A stretch of DNA of 56,714 bases from an uncultured Muribaculum sp. (GTDB lineage: Bacteria; Bacteroidota; Bacteroidia; Bacteroidales; Muribaculaceae): the NCBI GenBank assembly GCA_964541165.1, contig CAZIPQ010000002.1, positions 1 to 56,714 of the forward strand. Reading direction: 5' to 3'. The notes beneath the pieces are model-generated. The model saw only the letters and a program-made list of their open reading frames with translations, searched no databases and was not told where the DNA came from. A program made the translations under genes and the position numbers. Position 1 is the stretch's first letter. Each line of letters begins with the position of its first letter. This document shows positions 29,059 through 37,013 of the stretch, piece after piece.

Positions 29059-29186
29059 AGTAAATTTCATCTTTTTTACATTAAAAAACGAAAAAACTTT
29101 CCAACTGAAAAATTACAGCCCTCTAAGCATGAAATATCAATCAAATTTTGCAAAACAGATTTAAAACACTTACTTTTGCCGACAGA

Positions 29187-29768
29187 ATGTATGACAAGCA
29201 ATACATATATGATCAATTTATAGCCGGAGAAATGTCACCTTTTTATGACCGCATGTACTCCGGTCTGCTCATATATGCCTCCCGGTTACTTGAACCTGAA
29301 CTGGCCTATATGGCTGAGGATTGCGTGCAGGATGCCGTAATGAACACCTACACTCACCGTGAGGAGCTTTACACACCCGAACAGTGGTATGCCTATCTGC
29401 TCAAATGCATCTACAACCGCGCGGTAGACATGATGCGCAAGAACAACGCCCGCCGTAATTACACCGACAGCAATGACGATACGGCCGAAAGGGATCTCTC
29501 GCTGGCATATATTGAAAACGAGACACTCGACATGCTGTATGCCGCCATAGAGTCACTCCCGGAGAAATACCGCGAGATATTTGACCTTAGTTTTGAACAG
29601 GGACTTAAAAATGCCGAGATCGCTAAGCTGCTCGGCATGGCAGAAATAACCGTCAAAAAGCGTAAGGCCAGGCTGCTGGAGCTGCTGCGCGGGAAGCTCG
29701 GAGGCATCGCCGACGACGACATGCTGTTGCTGCTGATAGCCGTGCACTGTACCGGACGTCTTGCCTGA
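29187..29768 (+). CDS. ECF-type RNA polymerase sigma factor
   Basis: Region 2 AEDCVQDAV...IYNRAVD and region 4 LPEKYREIF...KNAEIAKLLG. ATG 29187 follows TACTTTTG at 29171-29178. Confidence 0.92.
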   Translation: MYDKQYIYDQFIAGEMSPFYDRMYSGLLIYASRLLEPELAYMAEDCVQDAVMNTYTHREELYTPEQWYAYLLKCIYNRAVDMMRKNNARRNYTDSNDDTAERDLSLAYIENETLDMLYAAIESLPEKYREIFDLSFEQGLKNAEIAKLLGMAEITVKKRKARLLELLRGKLGGIADDDMLLLLIAVHCTGRLA

Positions 29769-29830
29769 ACAATGGAGCGCTGACAGCTGTTGTATAGGTA
29801 AATACATAACTCCTATTACACTTTGTTGTC

Positions 29831-30253
29831 ATGCTTAGAATTAAAGGTCTGCTCACCACTTTAGTGCTTATACTGTTTATAGCGTGTACCGATAGCCCTT
29901 GGGACGAGGTACCCACCAAAATCGCTGATTTTGTGTCGACATATTATCCTATGTCGGGTATAAGTGGCTATTCAGAAACCGATGATGTATATAAGGTTAC
30001 CGTAAGAGGCGGCTCGACCATAACCTTCGACTCCAATTACAATTGGCTGACATTTAACGGTAACGGCTCTACCCTGCCGGTAATGTTTATCACCGATCGT
30101 ATGCCGGAGACCGTGGTGCGATATCTTACTGAACTCGAAGTCCTCGACAAGGTATATGCCGCCTACAATGACCCGCGCACCATCACACTCCAGATGTTGA
30201 ACTACAAACTCGAGTACACCAAAGCGACCGATCAGATACGGCAGATCGAATGA
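29831..30253 (+). CDS. PepSY-like (BLIP-like) lipoprotein
   Basis: Lipobox FIAC; VPTKIADFVSTYYP...ITFDSNYNW repeat unit. Confidence 0.7.
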   Translation: MLRIKGLLTTLVLILFIACTDSPWDEVPTKIADFVSTYYPMSGISGYSETDDVYKVTVRGGSTITFDSNYNWLTFNGNGSTLPVMFITDRMPETVVRYLTELEVLDKVYAAYNDPRTITLQMLNYKLEYTKATDQIRQIE

Positions 30254-30261
30254 CCGCAACC

Positions 30262-31227
30262 CTACTTGCGGTAAAAACGCAGGCTCGACAGATGGATGGG
30301 GAATGAGAGCGTGAGCACTCCCGCATCGTCGACCGAAGCATGACATTCGTCGTCGACAGGCTCCATCATACTGTCATACCACACCAGATCATAATGCGCC
30401 TCAAAAGGCGTAGGTATAAGGCGTCCCTTAAGCATACAGGGGCGCCATTTCTTTGCATTGGTCTCCCCTCCTCCGGCATATAGCATCATGTAGCTGCCGT
30501 CTGTATCACGTATTATGTAAAGTGAGTATTTTCCGCCTGCACGCGCATACCGGTCATCGGTATCACGGTCAAGATAATGCCATTTTCCTTCGACAGGGTC
30601 AACAGAGGCAGCCAGATAAGCTGATACCGAATCAACCGTAAGGCCGGTATCAAGTACACGCATCATGTCGGGACGTGACTCGATGACCACCGAATGAAGA
30701 TCGAGTGGTGAGGATGAGATTATGGCAGCTGAAGCTGATACCGGCAGCGGTACGGCCGCAACCATACCCTCCGAGAGAAACTTTGCTCCGACAAAAACAT
30801 GCAGATGTCCGTCATACCATTCCAGTGCCAGTGAATTAGCGCCGTAACCGCCTTCGATGCCCTCTTTGACATCCTTACTGAATGTGTCAGCATGCTTACC
30901 GTCAGTGCATCGGCCGAGTGACAGCATTGCTACCCGATTGTCAGTTATCGTGCCGAAATCGGTGTGCCGCAGGTTGATCCGCAGATAATCGTAATTGAGA
31001 GAATCGGTATAATTCCAGCATATCGCCCACCAGTCATGTGTGATACCTGAACGACCCGAGCCGAAATCATAGGTCGCACGGGCTTCTATAGCAATGGCTG
31101 AACTGACGGTGTCGATAGAAATGGGATAATGACGTGCCGGCTGCTGAAAGCGGATGTAATGCCGTGATACAGCGGCCGAGTCAAGAACTGAAAATGAGAG
31201 AAGGATGAGGAGAGAAGAGAGTCGCAT
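30262..31227 (-). CDS. Hypothetical secreted protein
   Basis: Start MRLSSLLILLSFSVLDSAA lies just past the miaA stop. It is beta-rich, with a C-terminal DPVEGKWHYLDR domain; no family recognised. Confidence 0.65.
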   Translation of the reverse strand: MRLSSLLILLSFSVLDSAAVSRHYIRFQQPARHYPISIDTVSSAIAIEARATYDFGSGRSGITHDWWAICWNYTDSLNYDYLRINLRHTDFGTITDNRVAMLSLGRCTDGKHADTFSKDVKEGIEGGYGANSLALEWYDGHLHVFVGAKFLSEGMVAAVPLPVSASAAIISSSPLDLHSVVIESRPDMMRVLDTGLTVDSVSAYLAASVDPVEGKWHYLDRDTDDRYARAGGKYSLYIIRDTDGSYMMLYAGGGETNAKKWRPCMLKGRLIPTPFEAHYDLVWYDSMMEPVDDECHASVDDAGVLTLSFPIHLSSLRFYRK

Positions 31228-31234
31228 GGATGAT

Positions 31235-32152
31235 TTATTCAGAATTGATGATTTCAATCGCCCGAGCCGTCCATTCGGCATCCGGCAGATCGTATGGGAG
31301 CCAGTGGATCTTGTGACCGCGCCGTTCCATGCCCCGGAACCATGTCATTTGTCGTTTGGCAAACTGATGTATGGCTATCTCCAGATCATGCACCATGGTA
31401 TCATAATCCATCTGACCGGTCACATATAACGTGAGATACTTGTATTCCAATCCATAATATATAAGGTCATCAGGATTTACCCCGCTGTCGATAAGAGTAC
31501 GCACCTCATCGACCATCCCTGCATCAAGGCGGTCGCGCAGGCGCTTGCTTATACGCTGCCTGCGGGCTTCGCGGTCGATATCAACACCAAGTATTACTGC
31601 TTCGCGGGTATCAGCCGTCCCGCGCGCCACAGGAGCGACTTCAGGATGATCGATATAGTAAGTCTGAATCTCGATTGCACGGATGGCACGCTTCACGCTG
31701 TCGATATCCGTCACATTATGGAGCGTCTTCATTTCCGAAAGCATCGCGGCAAGCTCATCGAGAGTCTTTCCTGCCAATGACGCTCTCAGTTCGGGATTCT
31801 CAGGCACTTCCGGCAGGGCAAGTCCGGCAATGGCACTCTCCACATACAGGCCTGTTCCACCGCATAATACCGGCACATGCCCGCGCGCCCTGATATCATC
31901 GACGGCAGTCTTGAAGTCACGCAGATAACCGTAGAGGTTATATTTGCTTCCGGCAGGCATTATGTCAATGAGGTGATAAGGGATCTCACCGTATTCTTCC
32001 AGATCCTTCCCTGTACCGAGATCCATGCCACGGTACACCTGACGGGAGTCGCCACTGATAATTTCGCCCCCCAAAGCACGAGCAAGACCGACAGCACGTG
32101 ATGTTTTTCCGGATGCGGTCGGTCCTACAATAGCGACGAGTTTAGAAGTCAT
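31235..32152 (-). CDS. miaA: tRNA dimethylallyltransferase
   Basis: GPTASGKT, DSRQVYRGMDLGTGK, GGTGLY and FAKRQMTWFR. Confidence 0.96.
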   Translation of the reverse strand: MTSKLVAIVGPTASGKTSRAVGLARALGGEIISGDSRQVYRGMDLGTGKDLEEYGEIPYHLIDIMPAGSKYNLYGYLRDFKTAVDDIRARGHVPVLCGGTGLYVESAIAGLALPEVPENPELRASLAGKTLDELAAMLSEMKTLHNVTDIDSVKRAIRAIEIQTYYIDHPEVAPVARGTADTREAVILGVDIDREARRQRISKRLRDRLDAGMVDEVRTLIDSGVNPDDLIYYGLEYKYLTLYVTGQMDYDTMVHDLEIAIHQFAKRQMTWFRGMERRGHKIHWLPYDLPDAEWTARAIEIINSE

Positions 32153-33464
32153 AGCCCTTGAAATGCTTACGGAAGAAGCGGCGTATCTTGAAGAACCGGT
32201 TATCTTCGTTATAGTCAGCTATCGTGAGCCAGATCGGATCGTTAAAGTCAACCTTCATGCCTTGCAGGTCACGCAGGCGGAATGAAGGCATATAATGCTT
32301 TATATTGTACCTGCGCATACCCTGACGGTCATACGTCTTATGCGTAAGTACTATGGTGCGGATACGATTATATTCATGCACAAGCAGTTTCGACGCCATG
32401 CCATGCTCAATAATCGTCATCAGCTGAGGGAGAGTGTGCCACCGGCCGCGTATGCGCGAGGTATTGATGATGTTCTTATTCTCGACGGTGCAAAGGTAGT
32501 GATACATATTGGTGTCAACCAACGGATTGCTGTTTTCGTAAAGGAAACGCAGTTCGAAGTCAGAGGACTTGCATCCTGACAATGCGACAAAGCGATCGAT
32601 GGCGTTTGACATGCTGACCTCCTCCTTAAACGGTATTTTGGCGATGGCCGGTGTATCGATACGGATAGCCCTGTCATCAGCTTCAGGATCATTAAGGTAC
32701 ACCAGATCACCGCATACGATGAGATAGCGCAGCTTGCTTGACGTTGAGTTTACAGCATCACCTACTATGTTGTCACTATAAAAGTTCAGCAGACCTTTAT
32801 AACGCCGCGCAAGGAATATGCATGTCAGCAGAAGCACAGTAAGCGGTGTGTATATGTACCACACCCTATCGGTAACGCTGTAATTAATATTGCAGTAATT
32901 ACTGAAATAATAAATGTAGCTGTAAATAGTGAGGCCTGCGGAAATGATCACGAGCAGACGCAACTGGTAGTTGGTCTCTTTGGTAAGCATCATCGGCAGA
33001 TAGTCACGGCTTCCGGGGTTGTCATAACTGCGTGCGCAGCCTCGGCAGATGGGGAGACGCGGCTTGAGGATATATGCCCCGAGTGTAACGAAGAATATCG
33101 ACGGCATCATGACAAGGCTGACAACGTAAGGAATACGCTTGTTGGCTGTGCCGAGAATATATTCCTGCGGATCGATGAATTTCAGATAATAAATATTGAT
33201 TATTATCATTACGGCTGCAGTGACAAACAATGCGAAAGCCATTACCGCAGAAAGCATGTTACAGGTCTCAACGGCGACATTGCGCTGCATACGGCTGCGG
33301 ATCATCATCCACAATGATGCGGCAAGCACCTCGATCGGAAGCCACTGTTTTGTGATGAACATAGAACAGATGTACACACTCATTATTGCCACCGCGGAAT
33401 ACACCCAGGTGGACAGAAGCGTGCTCAGGCCATAAGTACTGGCTTTATGTGATTCTGTAGACAT
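32142..33464 (-). CDS. Hypothetical membrane protein (about 6 TM helices plus a soluble, degenerate Nudix-like C-terminal domain)
   Basis: Hydrophobic N-terminal half with a CRGC motif. The C-terminus (LRFLYE...GRWHTLPQL...EYNRI) recalls Bacteroidetes Nudix/IDI-like proteins. Confidence 0.6.
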   Translation of the reverse strand: MSTESHKASTYGLSTLLSTWVYSAVAIMSVYICSMFITKQWLPIEVLAASLWMMIRSRMQRNVAVETCNMLSAVMAFALFVTAAVMIIINIYYLKFIDPQEYILGTANKRIPYVVSLVMMPSIFFVTLGAYILKPRLPICRGCARSYDNPGSRDYLPMMLTKETNYQLRLLVIISAGLTIYSYIYYFSNYCNINYSVTDRVWYIYTPLTVLLLTCIFLARRYKGLLNFYSDNIVGDAVNSTSSKLRYLIVCGDLVYLNDPEADDRAIRIDTPAIAKIPFKEEVSMSNAIDRFVALSGCKSSDFELRFLYENSNPLVDTNMYHYLCTVENKNIINTSRIRGRWHTLPQLMTIIEHGMASKLLVHEYNRIRTIVLTHKTYDRQGMRRYNIKHYMPSFRLRDLQGMKVDFNDPIWLTIADYNEDNRFFKIRRFFRKHFKGYDF

Positions 33465-33468
33465 GACG

Positions 33469-35637
33469 TTATTTTAATTTAGCATCAAAAAACTCCAACA
33501 TGCGGCCGTAGACCAAGGCGCGCGCGTTACAGCCGTTGATGGAATGATTCATATTCGGGAACAGGAACATATCGCACATCTTACCCGCACTCTGAAGCAC
33601 CGACACATATTGCATCGTATTCATAAGATGCACATTGTCATCGGCAGTGCCATGCATGATGAGCAAGGGAGTGTTCATGGTCGACACTTTATTTATAGGT
33701 GCGCTCTCATTGTATCCGTCCTCATTCTCGGCCGGAGTAAGCATGAAGCGCTCGGTATAGATTGAGTCATAGTAACGCCATGATGTCACGGGAGCAACCG
33801 CCACCGCTGCGTCATAGCCGTAAGATGAAGCGGCCATAAGAGTCTCGTAACCACCGAAGCTCCAGCCATAGATACCGACCTTCGACACACATGGGAGCGC
33901 GCGTGCATACTTGGCAGCGGCAACCTGATCCTCGGTCTCATATTTACCCAGATTACGATAGGTACACATCTTGAACTCGCGTCCGCGGCCACCTGTGCCA
34001 CGGCCATCCACGCTTATTACGATATATCCCTGCTGCACGTAGTAGTAGTCCCAGTCAAAGCGCCAGCGGTTGAGAACCTCCTGCGAACCAGGACCGCTGT
34101 ACTGTGACATGATCACGGGATACTTGCGCGACGGGCTGAAGTCAAGCGGCTTCAGTATAGAGCCGTTGAGCATGTTGCCGGCTGAATTGAACTGGAAAAA
34201 CTCCTTTACAGGCATTGAAGCCATGCGCTGACGAAGCGCCTCATTGTCCTCAAGCACGCGCAACTTCTTGCCGCCGCCATAAAGAGTATATACCGGAGGT
34301 GTGGTCACGTTGCTGTAAGACATCGTGTAATAAGCCATGTCAGATGAAAAGCTCAGGGCGGTGGTACCCTGCTCCTCTCCTATCATGCTGACGCGTCCTT
34401 TTGCATCAACCGAGCTGACAACGCGGTTGATAGGACCGGATGCTGTCGACTGATAATAATGCAGTCCCTTGGCGGCATCATATCCGTAATATGCCGTAAC
34501 GTCATAGTCACCTTCGGTCAGCTGACGCATCAATGAACCGGCATAGCTGTACTGATACAGTTGATTATAGCCTGAGCGCTCCGACGCGATCACGAAAAAG
34601 TCAGGATAATATACGGCACCCTGGTATGCGTCTTCCTCGATCCAGCCGTCGAGAACCTCGTCAACATATACCGAACGGGCGACGGTCGACTTAGGATTTA
34701 CGCTGTACACCTCAAGCCTGTTCTGGGCACGGTTGAGAGTCGACACCATAAGACGGTCGGCACTGCCGGCATAGGCTATGCGGGGTATGTATTCAATACG
34801 CCCGTCATTAAACTCAATAGTCTTGGTCTTGCGGGTGTCGACATCGTAGCTGCGAAGGCTTACAGTAGAGTTGGGCTCGCCGGCTACAGGATATTTATAG
34901 GTATAACTGCCAGGATATAATGCATACTGAGGCATCGGATTACATGTACCTTCATACAGAGGGAATGAGTACAACGGTACACGGCTCTCGTCATAGCGTA
35001 TGTAGCAGAGGGTGGAGTTATCGGGAGCCCATGCCATGGAACAGGTGACACCGAATTCTTCTTCATAAACCCAGTCGGCAGTACCGTTAATGACCTTGTT
35101 GATCTCACCATCGGTGGTCACGGCCACTTCGGTATTGTAATCAAGCTTACGCACATAGATATTGTTGTCAGCGGCAAAGGCGACCATACGGCCGTCAGGC
35201 GACCATATCGGTGCCTGCTGTACCGGATGCTCGATACTCAGCGGAGTGAGCACGTTGTGACGCACTTCATAAACATAATACGAGGCCTTGAACGAGCGAC
35301 GGTAAACGGGAGTAGACTTATCATAGATCAGAATGTGCGATTCATCGGCGCTGAATTGAAATCCGCCGATCTGCTTCACCTTATTGTCGCGGGTAGTGTT
35401 TACATCGATGATAACGCCGACCTCCTCGCCGCTACGGATGTCGTAACGGACAAGTCTGGTATTGTCATCGGCAAGCGCCACATACGTTTTGCCATCAGCC
35501 ATATAATGCATCGCACCGGGCCCTTTGGCTCGGTTGGCCGGATACACATAAGATGCGATATCCTCGACAACTGAACCGGCCATCGCGGGCAGACTCAGCA
35601 TCATGGCTGAAACAAGTCCTATAATTCTTATATTCAT
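33469..35637 (-). CDS. Dipeptidyl peptidase IV (S9B)
   Basis: DWVYEEE, YSGPGSQ, GWSFGG catalytic Ser, HGTADDNVH and C-terminal His (NHSI). Confidence 0.93.
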   Translation of the reverse strand: MNIRIIGLVSAMMLSLPAMAGSVVEDIASYVYPANRAKGPGAMHYMADGKTYVALADDNTRLVRYDIRSGEEVGVIIDVNTTRDNKVKQIGGFQFSADESHILIYDKSTPVYRRSFKASYYVYEVRHNVLTPLSIEHPVQQAPIWSPDGRMVAFAADNNIYVRKLDYNTEVAVTTDGEINKVINGTADWVYEEEFGVTCSMAWAPDNSTLCYIRYDESRVPLYSFPLYEGTCNPMPQYALYPGSYTYKYPVAGEPNSTVSLRSYDVDTRKTKTIEFNDGRIEYIPRIAYAGSADRLMVSTLNRAQNRLEVYSVNPKSTVARSVYVDEVLDGWIEEDAYQGAVYYPDFFVIASERSGYNQLYQYSYAGSLMRQLTEGDYDVTAYYGYDAAKGLHYYQSTASGPINRVVSSVDAKGRVSMIGEEQGTTALSFSSDMAYYTMSYSNVTTPPVYTLYGGGKKLRVLEDNEALRQRMASMPVKEFFQFNSAGNMLNGSILKPLDFSPSRKYPVIMSQYSGPGSQEVLNRWRFDWDYYYVQQGYIVISVDGRGTGGRGREFKMCTYRNLGKYETEDQVAAAKYARALPCVSKVGIYGWSFGGYETLMAASSYGYDAAVAVAPVTSWRYYDSIYTERFMLTPAENEDGYNESAPINKVSTMNTPLLIMHGTADDNVHLMNTMQYVSVLQSAGKMCDMFLFPNMNHSINGCNARALVYGRMLEFFDAKLK

Positions 35638-35659
35638 GACTGTGATTAATTACATGTTA

Positions 35660-36991
35660 TTAAAAGAGCGACATCTGTGCATCATTAATCGGCGATGTCT
35701 TTTTCGGTGGTTCCTGATAGCCGAAATCAGGATCAGGAGTCGGAGCGATACTTTTCCCCGGTTTTTCAGGCGGTGCCGCTACAAGCCACTCTGTACCGTC
35801 AATTGTCTCGTCGATAGCCGATATTTTCGGTTTGGATTTGCGCTTGCGGCGTGGCTTGTCAAGAATGGTTGCCTCAGGTTCGGCTGCGATACTCACCACA
35901 GGATGTTCAAGTGCGTCGACACGCTTCTGCAACTCGTCACGCTCCTCTTTCAGGCTTTTGATACGTTCATCGCGCTTGTTAAGCACTGACTCAAATTCCT
36001 CAACCTTACGCATCACATCCTCTGCGTTAGGCAATGAAGCCTTAGCCTCGGCAAGCTCCGAAGCCAGTCTTTCATTCTCGGCAGTCTTTGACTCCACGGA
36101 AGCTTCCAGTTCCTCCACACGTGCCTGAAGCTCCTTTACGGCTTCTCCGGAGTGGTGATTGGTATTACGTATCTCCGACAGCATCCTGTCGCTCATCTGC
36201 ATGCGCGACTTGTATACTTCGGCATTCTCTTCATTTTCTTTCTTAAGCTTCTCAACCTCGGCCTTAAGCTGAGTGATGATGAAATTGGCCTGATTGGCCT
36301 TGGTGCGCAAAGAGTTCATCTCCTCGGCCGAAGAAGTATCTTCAACAGCAGCGGCAGCACGGTCAGCCTCAAGGACCTCGGCAACTTTCAGCTTATTCAG
36401 GAGACTTTTGTTCTCCAGTTCATATTGCTCACGTTCAGCCTCAAGTTCACGGATGCGGAGATCCATTTCCTTGATTTTTTCATTAAGCGCACGCTGGCGG
36501 CGATCACCGCTGAGCACCTTGTCACCGGCCTTGGACGCCTTGTCCTCGGCATTCTTAAGCTGCTCCTTGAGCGAGGCTATCTCCTCTCTAAGATGTCCGT
36601 GTACCTGTCCGAGCCGGCTCTCGCACTCATGCTCCATGTCACTGCGTTGCGCGGCCAGAAAGGCACTGAATGAAGCGCCGAGCGTGTCATACAGATAACG
36701 TCGCTGTGCCTCCCGGTCAAGACATGCCTTGATGAAATCAGGCTGTGCGTTGTTAAATACCTCCAGAATTCCGTCAAAGAAAGTCAGCGGAAATGCAGGA
36801 GCCTCATCAGCTGATGACGGAAGCGGGTTAACAGCTGCCGGCGACTCCTCATGAGCATCAGCCGACGGCGCCGCTTCCTGAAGCGGTTCAGGCTTATGAT
36901 AAGGCGTCACGAGGGCTGACGGAGCATTATCATCGATCCCGTCATCACCTCCGAAGCCGAAAGCATGAGCCAAAGCGCTAAAAAATGACAT
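35660..36991 (-). CDS. Hypothetical coiled-coil protein ending in QMSLF
   Basis: Long E/K/L heptad region, amphipathic N-terminus and C-terminal DFGYQEPP...QMSLF. Confidence 0.8.
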   Translation of the reverse strand: MSFFSALAHAFGFGGDDGIDDNAPSALVTPYHKPEPLQEAAPSADAHEESPAAVNPLPSSADEAPAFPLTFFDGILEVFNNAQPDFIKACLDREAQRRYLYDTLGASFSAFLAAQRSDMEHECESRLGQVHGHLREEIASLKEQLKNAEDKASKAGDKVLSGDRRQRALNEKIKEMDLRIRELEAEREQYELENKSLLNKLKVAEVLEADRAAAAVEDTSSAEEMNSLRTKANQANFIITQLKAEVEKLKKENEENAEVYKSRMQMSDRMLSEIRNTNHHSGEAVKELQARVEELEASVESKTAENERLASELAEAKASLPNAEDVMRKVEEFESVLNKRDERIKSLKEERDELQKRVDALEHPVVSIAAEPEATILDKPRRKRKSKPKISAIDETIDGTEWLVAAPPEKPGKSIAPTPDPDFGYQEPPKKTSPINDAQMSLF

Positions 36992-37013
36992 ATAGCAATT
37001 TTACTTTATTCCA

